From a virus: DNA of 64,000 nucleotides. The notes under the pieces were generated by a model that was not told where the DNA came from, searched no databases, and saw nothing but the letters and a program-made list of their open reading frames with translations. Made by a program: the position numbers and the translations under genes. Position 1 is the first letter of the stretch. Each line of letters starts with the position of its first letter. Shown here in pieces: positions 18,638 to 28,023 of this stretch. The stretch is taken from positions 24,387 through 88,386 of the IMG/VR virus record IMGVR_UViG_3300026097_001139; one strand, 5' to 3'.

Positions 18638-18873
18638 ACCACTGGCACCTCATGGTTGAATGCTTTGATGATGGCTTCTTGTTCAACCTGCTTTGCACGA
18701 CTGTTAAAGGTGTCAATCAAACTGTCCATCATGAAGTCGCTGAGTGCGTCACTGCATCCCAGCAGTGCGCCTTGTAAATTTGCCGTGGCGTACAAATAAG
18801 CGTCGCCGCCATAGAGATTTTTCTGTGCAGCTATCATGCGTTCAATTGCCGCTGACAGTTGGTCTTTTTTCAT
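18634..18873 (-). CDS. hypothetical protein
   Basis: 79 aa, SD GAGG, operon overlap. Confidence 0.65.
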   Translation of the reverse strand: MKKDQLSAAIERMIAAQKNLYGGDAYLYATANLQGALLGCSDALSDFMMDSLIDTFNSRAKQVEQEAIIKAFNHEVPVV

Positions 18874-19073
18874 CGTGTTACCTCTTTGATTGAGTTTTGC
18901 AACTCTTTGTCAATTACTTTTTTGAATTTTCTATATCGCTTGCCAAATGTCATGGGCTTGGAGAACACATCAATTTCTCCTGAGTCTCTTCGATAGGCAA
19001 ACATTTTGTCACCTTTAACCAAGTAGGTGTGGCAACGCAGACCAACAGTTTGTTCCAGCAATGCTTCCATCAT
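18870..19073 (-). CDS. hypothetical protein
   Basis: 67 aa, HTYL...F.KP..F....RKFKK. Confidence 0.65.
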   Translation of the reverse strand: MMEALLEQTVGLRCHTYLVKGDKMFAYRRDSGEIDVFSKPMTFGKRYRKFKKVIDKELQNSIKEVTR

Positions 19074-19462
19074 GCCGCCTCCAAATCAAAGTATTCTTCA
19101 TAGGGCAGAGGCTCAACATCATCTGGCAAGCCTTTTTTGCACTCTGCTTCCCAAGCCTCTGCGGCCTGCTCTTCCTCGAACTGAATACGCAGTTGAGCGC
19201 AGATGTTATCGTAGGTAGCCTCCATGTCCTCGATGCTCATCTCATCCCAGTCAAGGCGCAAGCGGCAACCGTAGAGGTCCTTGCTCGCATCGCTGATACC
19301 ATTGATCAACTCGTTGCGACGGAAGTCCTCTACAGTGTAGATGCCCATGTCATACCAATGACTCATATCGTCTGTGTACTTAGACATCCACAGACTAGGC
19401 TCCTGTTCCATCATCAGGTCAGCCTTAGCATTCAAACTCTCAATGTATTGTAACAAAGTCAT
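19070..19462 (-). CDS. hypothetical early protein
   Basis: 130 aa acidic; SD AGGAG; SDASKDLYGCR motif. Confidence 0.75.
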   Translation of the reverse strand: MTLLQYIESLNAKADLMMEQEPSLWMSKYTDDMSHWYDMGIYTVEDFRRNELINGISDASKDLYGCRLRLDWDEMSIEDMEATYDNICAQLRIQFEEEQAAEAWEAECKKGLPDDVEPLPYEEYFDLEAA

Positions 19463-19614
19463 ACTAGCTCTCCTTGATATTCTTTGATTTCAATAACTCG
19501 GTTGATCCACTGTGGTAGCAACGAAAACCCTTGTTGATTTGCACTCACGCACAAGCTGAACTTGTCGTTGAAAAAAACAAAAGTTTTGACCATTTGTGGT
19601 TTGCGCTTTACCAT
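19459..19614 (-). CDS. small hypothetical protein (51 aa, below ORF-track cut-off)
   Basis: MVKRKPQMVKTFVFFNDKF...EYQGELV*; overlaps both neighbours. Confidence 0.45.
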   Translation of the reverse strand: MVKRKPQMVKTFVFFNDKFSLCVSANQQGFSLLPQWINRVIEIKEYQGELV

Positions 19615-19721
19615 TTTGTAAACAATTCGCCTTTAACAGCAAGAGCAATTACCAGTCCAAGGACCGTGACTGCAAGACCAATTTCATCGGCATATGTAGT
19701 CTGGTAAACAAAATTAGGCAT
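19608..19721 (-). CDS. small single-pass membrane protein (37 aa)
   Basis: MPNFVYQTTYADEIGLAVTVLGLVIALAVKGELFTKW; SD GGAG, first gene after promoter. Confidence 0.6.
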   Translation of the reverse strand: MPNFVYQTTYADEIGLAVTVLGLVIALAVKGELFTKW

Positions 19722-19752
19722 TTGTGTACTCCATATCAAACCCTACATATAC

Positions 19753-19781
19753 ATAATACTAAAGCAGCGATGGTGTGTCAA
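19753..19781 (-). promoter_or_regulatory. sigma70-type early promoter
   Basis: TTGACA-17 nt-TATTAT with A-rich upstream element. Confidence 0.85.
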
Positions 19782-19814
19782 CCTTTTTATCAAAAAGAGT
19801 TAAATTTTTAGTAA

Positions 19815-20399
19815 TCAAGCAACCACAAGTTCGTAGATTTCCTTCCAGTTACGCACCCGGGTGATATTGAGATTGGTTGAATCAAACTCCAGGTTATGCC
19901 CGTGATCCATAAGCAAGCTGCGTAGCCCGCAACGTGATCCCTCCACAGCATTTTCTGGTTTGTCTTCTACCCACCAACAACCAGTGTTGGTATACTCGTC
20001 CAGTGCTTCGTCTTTGTCTGCACCAGTGTCCAGGTACACATAACGTTCAAACACACTGTCGCCAAACATTTCGCGAAGATTTTTGGTACGCAAGTGTTGT
20101 GCATACACTTCGTTGCTGAGACTGGTGATAGCATGGAAAATATAACCGTGTTCTTGATGCAGTTTTTTCACATAGTGAATTGCATCACGCAAAGGCGGTA
20201 GTTTGCGTATCTGTGCACTTTCGTTGAACATGCGAATCAAGCGTTTTGCTTCACTGCTTTCAATGCCATACTTGATGTGCATTTTGTATTGACCCAGTGA
20301 TTTCACAGTGTAACCGTGACGCTTCATCCACTGATCGAACGCATATTCCCAGTCCAGTAATACACCGTCGCAGTCTACCAATATTACTTTGTCTTTCAT
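19815..20399 (-). CDS. HAD-family 5'(3')-deoxyribonucleotidase-like protein
   Basis: LVDCDGVLLDW motif I, AITS, WVEDKPEN. Confidence 0.85.
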   Translation of the reverse strand: MKDKVILVDCDGVLLDWEYAFDQWMKRHGYTVKSLGQYKMHIKYGIESSEAKRLIRMFNESAQIRKLPPLRDAIHYVKKLHQEHGYIFHAITSLSNEVYAQHLRTKNLREMFGDSVFERYVYLDTGADKDEALDEYTNTGCWWVEDKPENAVEGSRCGLRSLLMDHGHNLEFDSTNLNITRVRNWKEIYELVVA

Positions 20400-20578
20400 T
20401 GTTCTTCCAAGATTACTTTGAATTGATTGTAGCTTGCACGTAGTTCACGCAACAGCATGCCTCTTGTGCTTGGCGATATTGTTTCCAAGAAAAGATCATG
20501 CACTGGTTCTGGATCACCGTGATGGTCGCCAATGCGATCAATCAGTTCTTTTACTAGTTGATCTGATGTTGCATTCAT
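20396..20578 (-). CDS. hypothetical protein
   Basis: 60 aa, SD AGGAG. Confidence 0.6.
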   Translation of the reverse strand: MNATSDQLVKELIDRIGDHHGDPEPVHDLFLETISPSTRGMLLRELRASYNQFKVILEEQ

Positions 20579-20591
20579 ATATATGCTCCTG

Positions 20592-20963
20592 TTAAGCTAC
20601 ATGCACACTGTAGCTGTTTGTGCGCGGTTTATAAACAAGTGTGTACCCTAGTTGCTCCAACTGCTGTATTGCACGCTGTTTGCGAATTTTGTGTTCCGAT
20701 ACAGTGTACTGCACAACACGATCATATTTTACTTCCGTGTGGGCTGGTTTGCGGCGTGTTGCTGGACGAGCAGTTTGGTATGCATTGGTGTAAGAAAAAA
20801 CTAGGTTGCGAAGGATATTGTCAACAGCAGCTACGTTTGCTTGATGTGAAGCACTGTCAAAAAGTGTGCGATTAGCGCGATATGCAGCACGAGCACGACT
20901 GTTAATGTCCATTACAGCAAAACGCTTGTTTACGGACTCGTTTGTGTCTTTTACTTGCAACAT
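20592..20963 (-). CDS. hypothetical protein
   Basis: Likely start MLQVKD with SD GAGGA; directly after promoter. Confidence 0.65.
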   Translation of the reverse strand: MLQVKDTNESVNKRFAVMDINSRARAAYRANRTLFDSASHQANVAAVDNILRNLVFSYTNAYQTARPATRRKPAHTEVKYDRVVQYTVSEHKIRKQRAIQQLEQLGYTLVYKPRTNSYSVHVA

Positions 20964-20995
20964 GCAGTTGATCCTCATAACTTCACTGTACATAT

Positions 20996-21024
20996 AGTAT
21001 ATGATCAGTTTGCAAAAAGGTCAA
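20996..21024 (-). promoter_or_regulatory. sigma70-type early promoter
   Basis: TTGACC-17 nt-TATACT. Confidence 0.8.
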
Positions 21025-21036
21025 CCTTTTTGAATT

Positions 21037-21240
21037 TTAGAGTTGAGGATCCGATCCTGGATATACATATTGCTCTGGATCAAAGTCTGATGCGCCACTG
21101 GCTGGCCCAAACAAAGCATCAGCTTCGTCTTTTACCCAGGTCAAGCTTACATCCAACTTTTTGGCAATCTGCTCCTGTGTGAGCTTGCCTTCGCGTAGAA
21201 GTTCTTGTATTTCAAATATTGTTGCACTCATAGCACTCAT
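21037..21240 (-). CDS. small HTH-like protein
   Basis: LTQEQIAKKLDVSLTWV helix-turn-helix pattern; start MSAMS with SD GGGAG. Confidence 0.65.
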   Translation of the reverse strand: MSAMSATIFEIQELLREGKLTQEQIAKKLDVSLTWVKDEADALFGPASGASDFDPEQYVYPGSDPQL

Positions 21241-21272
21241 AAAAATCTCCCAGTACACAACATAATACATGT

Positions 21273-21301
21273 AGTATACTTGGGAGATCCATCATTGTCA
21301 A
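21273..21301 (-). promoter_or_regulatory. sigma70-type early promoter
   Basis: TTGACA-17 nt-TATACT. Confidence 0.85.
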
Positions 21302-22257
21302 TGGGTATTTTCGATACTGTCTACCAGTCCTGGAGAAAACACAGTTTTTGCATGTGTCTTGCGGATTTCCGCTGCACGAGCATGCAATTCTGCTTCTTCT
21401 TCTTCGCTTAGGTAAACAATGTTAACACCTTCGCTTTCTAGCTTGCGTAGGTTTGTTTCGCCGTCTTTCAAGCTCAGTGCACGTTCGTTCCGCGCTGCTT
21501 GAATTGCCGCTTTGATGAACACATCCTGCACTGCCTGTGGCAAGCTGTTGAACCAATCTTGGTTAACAACAATGCTTGTAAGGAACAAACTGTGCTCAGT
21601 GTGAACAATACTTTCGATCCACTCGTCACAACGATCAGGATAAATTCTCTGCGTTACGTATTCTGCAGCCTGTACTTTACCATTTTTAGCTAGTTCCCAA
21701 GTTTGCTCTGTGTCAGCCGGAACAGCTTCGCCGCCTAGCATTTCAATAGCTTCTTGAGCTTGTTGACTTAGTCCTGCACGAATTGGCAAACCAGCTAGTT
21801 CGCCCAAGCTGGTTACACGCTGACTGCTTGGTAGCAATCTGTAACCACCACTGTAGGTGTAGGCTAGTCCTTTGATGCCACTGTCTTTGTCAAACTTGTT
21901 AAGAAGTTCTTCGCCAATTTCACCTTCTAGAACTTTTGCCGCATGCTCGTGATCGCGGAAAAGATAAGGCAAGTCAAGTACATGCATTTCTGGATTGAAC
22001 TGACGTGCAAGACTGGTTGTTTGCATCTGTGCAATCTGCACCTCGCCACTCTGTAGCAGTCTCCAGAGGTTGTGTCTATTAACTGGCACTTTTGCTTGGT
22101 GCTTTGCGTTGTATTCGTCGTCAGTGAGCACCTCGACATTGATGTCAAGATCGTCGCCTGCGTACTCTTTGACTAGGTTAGCAAAGTCTTCTGCTACTCT
22201 GTAAAAGAGGTATTTTGGTTCATGGGCAATAACCCAAGTTAGGTTGTAAGTTGTCAT
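21298..22257 (-). CDS. TRAP transporter substrate-binding protein (DctP-like), no evident signal peptide
   Basis: VLDLPYLFRDHEHAAKVLEGEIG, GLAYTYSGGYR, IVVNQDWFNSLP; start MTTYNLTW. Confidence 0.85.
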   Translation of the reverse strand: MTTYNLTWVIAHEPKYLFYRVAEDFANLVKEYAGDDLDINVEVLTDDEYNAKHQAKVPVNRHNLWRLLQSGEVQIAQMQTTSLARQFNPEMHVLDLPYLFRDHEHAAKVLEGEIGEELLNKFDKDSGIKGLAYTYSGGYRLLPSSQRVTSLGELAGLPIRAGLSQQAQEAIEMLGGEAVPADTEQTWELAKNGKVQAAEYVTQRIYPDRCDEWIESIVHTEHSLFLTSIVVNQDWFNSLPQAVQDVFIKAAIQAARNERALSLKDGETNLRKLESEGVNIVYLSEEEEAELHARAAEIRKTHAKTVFSPGLVDSIENTH

Positions 22258-22301
22258 AAGATCTCTCTCTAATATTGCAATACGAATGGTATTTAGCAAG
22301 G

Positions 22302-22904
22302 TTAATATTCAAACCCCAGGTATTCAAAGTCATCATGCCAGAATTCTTGTACAAGTAATTTGTGTTTATCTGTTAGTCTAGTGGTAATCTGTTTAGACAC
22401 GTTTACTTTGCGCAGGGAATAATCTGCTTCGCCAAAGTATTTGGTCATTAGTTCTTCATAGTCATTATCAAGTGAAGATTTGTTTAACACAATATTACAG
22501 TGTTTTGCCCAATACCACTGGGGTGCAAAAAACGCACCACAAGAACTAGTTTCAGTAATTGCTTTTATATGATCGACAAGCCATTGTGCAAAGTCTAGTT
22601 CAGATTTAAATTCAAGTTCGTTGCTTTTGCGTGCATAATCTCTGTGTAAGTACCTCCAAGCACTTGCAAATCTATCATATGGATGTTGTACTACACAAAA
22701 TCGATCTTTTGCTAATAGTTGTTTTTGAAATTCTGACAAATGAAACAAACTTGGATGCTGATTCTCGTCTGTAGTGTGCCAGTACATATCAAGCACCCGG
22801 TGCCTGTCATTTAGTTGTAGATTATGTACTATAGCACTTGATGCATTTTTGGTAATAGCAAAAAACGTTAACTGCGGTGTATCATTGCAAGAAAGCGTAT
22901 ACAT
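22302..22904 (-). CDS. sulfotransferase family 2-like protein
   Basis: 5'-PSB-like ITKNASSA, 3'-PB-like HPYDRFASAW, C-terminal DDFEYLGFEY. Confidence 0.75.
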   Translation of the reverse strand: MYTLSCNDTPQLTFFAITKNASSAIVHNLQLNDRHRVLDMYWHTTDENQHPSLFHLSEFQKQLLAKDRFCVVQHPYDRFASAWRYLHRDYARKSNELEFKSELDFAQWLVDHIKAITETSSCGAFFAPQWYWAKHCNIVLNKSSLDNDYEELMTKYFGEADYSLRKVNVSKQITTRLTDKHKLLVQEFWHDDFEYLGFEY

Positions 22905-22935
22905 GCTTCTACTTATAGTTTACAACTTAGCCACA

Positions 22936-23547
22936 TTAATATTCAAACCCTAGGTATTCAAAGTCATCTGCGTATATTTTTTGGATTATTTTTTTGTGAT
23001 AATGTTTTAACTCGACACTGTTTTTACTGTTTAAAACATTTTTCCTAGGTAAATTGTAAATGCCAGGCATTACATACTTTTTTAGTAAATTGTTGAAATC
23101 TTTGTCAAGATTATTAAAGTCGAGGTAGATATTGCAATGTTGTGCCCAGTGCCATTGTGGTGCATAAAAATAAAAAAAATTCGGGTCGAAAGTAGCGTGT
23201 TTATAATCCATGTGTTTTTCATAAAATCGTTTAAGGAGAAATTCCTCAAACGATTCATCTGAATCATACGAGTCAATATGTATTACAGAATATTGCCATA
23301 GACTTTTTGCACGCTCGTAAGGATGTCGTAAAACACATACTCGGTTATTTGCTAATGCTGGATACTCTAAATCTGATAAATTGTTTATACTTGCATGAGG
23401 TTTATAGCAAACTTGTTTGGTTTTGTATTTTTCGTGTGAGCTAAATGGAAAAGCATAATACAGTGCTGCAGATATTGATACACTAGCAGTTTTTGGAATC
23501 CAGAAAAATGTTAAGATAGGTTGATCGTTTCGTAAAATTGTATCCAC
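22936..23547 (-). CDS. sulfotransferase family 2-like protein
   Basis: IPKTASVSI, RHPYERAKS, IYADDFEYLGFEY. Confidence 0.8.
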   Translation of the reverse strand: MDTILRNDQPILTFFWIPKTASVSISAALYYAFPFSSHEKYKTKQVCYKPHASINNLSDLEYPALANNRVCVLRHPYERAKSLWQYSVIHIDSYDSDESFEEFLLKRFYEKHMDYKHATFDPNFFYFYAPQWHWAQHCNIYLDFNNLDKDFNNLLKKYVMPGIYNLPRKNVLNSKNSVELKHYHKKIIQKIYADDFEYLGFEY

Positions 23548-23643
23548 GCTCCTATTTATTAAAATTAAAATAGTAAAAACGAAAAAAAATAAATATTAGT
23601 ATGTTGCCGTTTATCAATAAATTACACCGTGTGATTACTACAT

Positions 23644-24789
23644 ATGATCCCGTTAGTTCCTAAAAGCAAATCATTAAATATCGATCAATTTTTTTCTATT
23701 CTTCATACATGGGAAAACTACCGAGACGTGTACAAATATTCCAGTAATCATTTATATACAAAATTCTCTTCTGACAGACAGTTTCCAATTTTTGATTTTT
23801 CCGAATCGGCTGATGTAATAAATTCAGATCAATCAAGCATCAAATTTCTTATAGAATTAAAAGAAGGAAGCCAAAAAATTCCAGACTGGATTGTTAGCGT
23901 CAATGACCTAGATTCATCAGTCCACTATGTCATCATAACACCAGATAAATTCAATGCAGAGCAATTAATTTTAAAAAACCAATTATCAGAAAAACTCAAC
24001 TACTCAGTAGTTTGGTTTCCTTACCATTTATATTGTTTAACGCCCGGCGACTTTTTTGCACCATTGTATAACTTTTGTTCAATGGACAATAACAAGTTTT
24101 ACAATTTTTCAAAAGAAAAAGAAATCAGTTTTTTAGCAATGTCAGGTACCAATCGGCCCGAGCGGACATACTTTACTATAAAGTTAAAGAAAAATTTTGG
24201 TGATTGCAGTGCTATTAGTTATAATGGACAAACATACGGTGTTACTGAAATTTTTGAAAAAGACTTTCAATTTCCGAGGGAAGTTCATCATTCGTCACTG
24301 GATTCAGGTGTAAGGACTGGAAATATATTTTCAGCTGGGGGTATAAAACAAGACGTTGGACATGCTGTGTCTGTAGATTTATTTGATTCAGCATACCTAC
24401 AAATAGTAAGCGAAACGCAAGCAGGTATTGACACTCATGACAATTTCTTTGTAACAGAAAAAACCACAAAAGTTTTGTTCACTGGAATGCCTTTTGTAAT
24501 CTTTGGCGCACGCGACTATTTGAAAAATCTTAGAGAACTTGGGTTTATGACATATGAGTCCTTGTGGAGTGAAGAATATGATTCTTTACCTAGTTGGCGG
24601 CAACGAGTAGGTGCAATTATTTCTTTACTTCACAAACTTAAAGAATTTGATTGGCAAGCAGCACTGCCAACTCTCAGAGAAATCCACTATAACAATCTCA
24701 TGGTTTTAGCAAATAGAAATAAAATTTTCCACAACTGTTTGCTTGAAGCTGAAAATTCAATAGCAAAAATTATCAAGGAACATGGATAA
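23644..24789 (+). CDS. putative glycosyltransferase-like protein (paralog of 24790-25935)
   Basis: IVSET...FFVTEKTTK.LFTG.PF...LRELGFMTY..LW.E.YD block, GT-B-like C-terminal domain. Confidence 0.6.
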   Translation: MIPLVPKSKSLNIDQFFSILHTWENYRDVYKYSSNHLYTKFSSDRQFPIFDFSESADVINSDQSSIKFLIELKEGSQKIPDWIVSVNDLDSSVHYVIITPDKFNAEQLILKNQLSEKLNYSVVWFPYHLYCLTPGDFFAPLYNFCSMDNNKFYNFSKEKEISFLAMSGTNRPERTYFTIKLKKNFGDCSAISYNGQTYGVTEIFEKDFQFPREVHHSSLDSGVRTGNIFSAGGIKQDVGHAVSVDLFDSAYLQIVSETQAGIDTHDNFFVTEKTTKVLFTGMPFVIFGARDYLKNLRELGFMTYESLWSEEYDSLPSWRQRVGAIISLLHKLKEFDWQAALPTLREIHYNNLMVLANRNKIFHNCLLEAENSIAKIIKEHG

Positions 24790-25935
24790 ATGACACATCT
24801 TCCATTTAAGTATTCCAGCAACATTGACAAAAGGAAGCATATCCAAGATTTAACAAATGCATATGATGTATGGCACGAAAACTCTAATTTGTATACAAAT
24901 GCACACAGGATTCCTGATTGTTTTTTAGATAAAAAATACCCAGCGTATCACGCTCAAGAATCGGCTGATGTGATTAATGCAGATCGATCTAAGATTAAAT
25001 TTTTTATAATAATCCAAGAGAGCTTGAGATTTATTGATAATAAAAAACCAGAATTAACTATACCTAGCTTGTCATATTTAAAAGCTGACTGTACATATAT
25101 CTTCATTACCGGGGACAACTTTAACGCTGATGATTTTCCTATTTACAATGGTAATGGCGAAAAATTATCTTATATAAACATTTACTTTCCATGGTGGATT
25201 TATTGGTTAACTCCGGTTGATTTTTCTGATCCTACGTATAACTACTCGTTGACTGGATATAACAAATTTTATGATTTTTACAGTAAAAAAACTGTAGATT
25301 TTATTTCATTAATGGGCACAATGCGACCAGAAAGACAATACCTTGTTAGAAAATTATACCCAAAATTATACAAAAAAATATGTGCAGTTTCGATTGCTGA
25401 TGAATTGCTTGGTCACACAGAGATCTTTGATCACGACTTTGATTACACTCCTCAACAGTTCTGGGGAGATCGATCGGTATTTAAAAAATTATCAGTGGCC
25501 CACAGTCTGCCAATTGATCTTTATAATCAAGCTAAATTAAATTTAGTAGTTGAAACACAAATTGCTTATGATAGTGTGGATAATTTTTTTGTAACAGAAA
25601 AAACCATAAAATCACTGTTTACTGGGATTCCGTTTATACTTTATGGCGCCAAAAACTTTTTATCGAATCTACGCAAAATAGGATTCAAAACCTACAGTAC
25701 ATTGTGGAATGAAGATTATGATTCGTTGCCTACACACAAAGAACGTGCTAAAGCTATTGTAAAACTTATATCAAATCTTGAAAATTTTGACTGGCAAGCA
25801 GCAATACCAGAACTCGAACGCATACATTATCACAATTTAAAATTACTCAATAATAGAAATAAAATTGTAACACCTGCTTTTTTAAACTTAGAACACAAGA
25901 TAATAGAAATTATTAACCAAGTAGAATCTGCATAA
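24790..25935 (+). CDS. putative glycosyltransferase-like protein (paralog of 23644-24789)
   Basis: LVVET...FFVTEKTIKSLFTGIPF...LRKIGFKTY..LWNEDYD. Confidence 0.6.
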   Translation: MTHLPFKYSSNIDKRKHIQDLTNAYDVWHENSNLYTNAHRIPDCFLDKKYPAYHAQESADVINADRSKIKFFIIIQESLRFIDNKKPELTIPSLSYLKADCTYIFITGDNFNADDFPIYNGNGEKLSYINIYFPWWIYWLTPVDFSDPTYNYSLTGYNKFYDFYSKKTVDFISLMGTMRPERQYLVRKLYPKLYKKICAVSIADELLGHTEIFDHDFDYTPQQFWGDRSVFKKLSVAHSLPIDLYNQAKLNLVVETQIAYDSVDNFFVTEKTIKSLFTGIPFILYGAKNFLSNLRKIGFKTYSTLWNEDYDSLPTHKERAKAIVKLISNLENFDWQAAIPELERIHYHNLKLLNNRNKIVTPAFLNLEHKIIEIINQVESA

Positions 25936-25942
25936 TTACACT

Positions 25943-27199
25943 ATGTCAAAAAAATTTCCAGTGAAAGGCGATACAGCCTGCTTGTTAAAATGGGCCTGGA
26001 GTACTGTATATCTCGGTCAAGGCACTAGCAGCAGTTGCCATAGAACAGATCAAGCACCTATTCCCTTAGACAACTTTGCCAGTTTCCATAATCTTCCCAA
26101 CAAAGTTCGCGCTAGGGAGATGATGCGGCGCGGAGAATGGCCGCAAGAAGGTTGCCAATACTGCGAAAAGATCGAAGCCGCAGGAGGAGTCAGTGACAGA
26201 CTGTATCAACTTCAAGCTGGGCACGATCTTGATAGAACTCCCGAGGAATTGTATGAAGATCCTGAAACCAACGAAGTAGTGCCTACAATACTGGAAGTTT
26301 ATTTTAACAATGTATGTAATATGGCATGTCTCTATTGCGGAGGGCACTTTAGTACCAAGTGGGAAGAAGAAACCAAACGCTTCGGGGAGTTCAAACACGG
26401 AAGTGTAGAAATCGCTAATTGGAGTCAGAAAAATGAAAATTATGATCAACAGTTGGCTGACTTTTGGCAGTATCTACACGAACACGACAGATATAAAAAA
26501 ATACGATACTACCAGATACTAGGCGGCGAGCCGTTTTTTCAAAAGGAATTTGATCTCAGCATAGACTTTTGGGAGAGTCATCCCAATCCGGAGCTCACGT
26601 TCAACGTCATTACCAATCTCAAAGTAGCACCCAAAAAGTTTCGCTCCTATATAGATCGATTCGAGCAAATGGTAGAAAACGGCGCACTTAAAAGATTGCA
26701 AATCACAGGCAGTTTAGACAGCTGGGGACCACAAGAAGAGTACGTTCGCTGGGGACTGGACCTCCAAGAATGGGAAGAAAACTTTACATATTTGTTAGAC
26801 AAACCCTGGGTGGTGCAGTGTGTAAATGCCGCTATCAGTCCTCTTACAATAAAAACTGCTCCTGAATTAGTAAAAAAAATCAACGAATGGAACGAGATTC
26901 GCCCGCCGCACAATCCTGTTAATTACAGTTTTATGACAGTGATGGCGCCCCCGCATATGGATCCTGCAATCTTCGGCGCAGGAGTGTTTGAAGATGATTT
27001 AGATGCTGTCATAGCCGAAATGAAAGATCACAATGCACAAGAACATATGCAAGGCATAAAAAAACAAATAAGTAACAGTATACGCAGAGTTGATAGGATT
27101 CGAGATTTACAGGCCTACCTTGATGAAATTGATCGGAGGAGAGGCACAGATTGGCGATCTCTATTTCCTTGGCTAGATTGTGAATGGAGACAGGAATAA
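25943..27199 (+). CDS. radical SAM protein with N-terminal twitch/SPASM-like Cys cluster
   Basis: CLLKW...SCH...CQYC, then CNMACLYC, GGEPF. Confidence 0.88.
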   Translation: MSKKFPVKGDTACLLKWAWSTVYLGQGTSSSCHRTDQAPIPLDNFASFHNLPNKVRAREMMRRGEWPQEGCQYCEKIEAAGGVSDRLYQLQAGHDLDRTPEELYEDPETNEVVPTILEVYFNNVCNMACLYCGGHFSTKWEEETKRFGEFKHGSVEIANWSQKNENYDQQLADFWQYLHEHDRYKKIRYYQILGGEPFFQKEFDLSIDFWESHPNPELTFNVITNLKVAPKKFRSYIDRFEQMVENGALKRLQITGSLDSWGPQEEYVRWGLDLQEWEENFTYLLDKPWVVQCVNAAISPLTIKTAPELVKKINEWNEIRPPHNPVNYSFMTVMAPPHMDPAIFGAGVFEDDLDAVIAEMKDHNAQEHMQGIKKQISNSIRRVDRIRDLQAYLDEIDRRRGTDWRSLFPWLDCEWRQE

Positions 27200-27234
27200 T
27201 CAATACCGAAATGCATTTAACAGATGAGTAAACC

Positions 27235-27879
27235 ATGTACGACTACTTTAACACTGTAGATAATATTTCTTTTGAGCTTAAACCTATAGATAGCAAGGTT
27301 TTACAAATATCTTTTGACAACGGACACTCACAGTCGGAAATTATTGCTGAGCTAGAAAAAGAAACTTGGAATCCATACGGCGTTGAAACCAAAATAGATC
27401 ATGACATGTGGGGTGGGTATCGCTACAAGGTGCACAGACCGGCAAGTCCTATGCTACAACAAACAGTACGCTATTTTGGTACAGATCAAGCAAAACGCAA
27501 AGTAATTGATGCACTGTACGCTCAGAAAGAAGAATTCACAAGCCGATGGGGCATGACACCTGACATGATGATGGATAACAGCCAACTCCATGCAGAGTTT
27601 ACATTGGACAAGCCTGGGTTTGAAAATGGTATTCACTGTGATTATAGATTGCTAATTGGCACCGGCATGGTGTACTTTACAGATCACGATAGCATAGATC
27701 ACTGTACTTTTTTCTACGATGATCCGAAAAGGAATAATCCACTTCAAGTACCTAGTGATTTCGGACAAGGGTGGTTTCACGCCAACGACTGGAACACCTG
27801 GCACGACGGCTGGAACCGTACCAGCCAAGATAGATATAGCATGTTATTGGGTCTAACAGTATTATTAAAAAATAGGTAA
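27235..27879 (+). CDS. 2OG-Fe(II) oxygenase superfamily protein
   Basis: IHCD and TWHDG facial triad, downstream R.S (DRYS). Confidence 0.7.
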   Translation: MYDYFNTVDNISFELKPIDSKVLQISFDNGHSQSEIIAELEKETWNPYGVETKIDHDMWGGYRYKVHRPASPMLQQTVRYFGTDQAKRKVIDALYAQKEEFTSRWGMTPDMMMDNSQLHAEFTLDKPGFENGIHCDYRLLIGTGMVYFTDHDSIDHCTFFYDDPKRNNPLQVPSDFGQGWFHANDWNTWHDGWNRTSQDRYSMLLGLTVLLKNR

Positions 27880-27882
27880 ATT

Positions 27883-28023
27883 ATGGCAGGAAAGAAAAAT
27901 TCAACAGCAGGCACACTAATTGCCGAGCGCAGAGTAAAAAAACGTACCAGTATTGGGCATAGTCCTTGTAGCAGTTATAAAGGAAAAAACTCAGTTAAGA
28001 AACGCTATCGAGGGCAAGGTTGA
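27883..28023 (+). CDS. small basic phage protein (46 aa, YRGQG C-terminus)
   Basis: MAGKKNSTAGTLIAERRVKKRTSIGHSPCSSYKGKNSVKKRYRGQG; below ORF-track cut-off. Confidence 0.75.
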   Translation: MAGKKNSTAGTLIAERRVKKRTSIGHSPCSSYKGKNSVKKRYRGQG

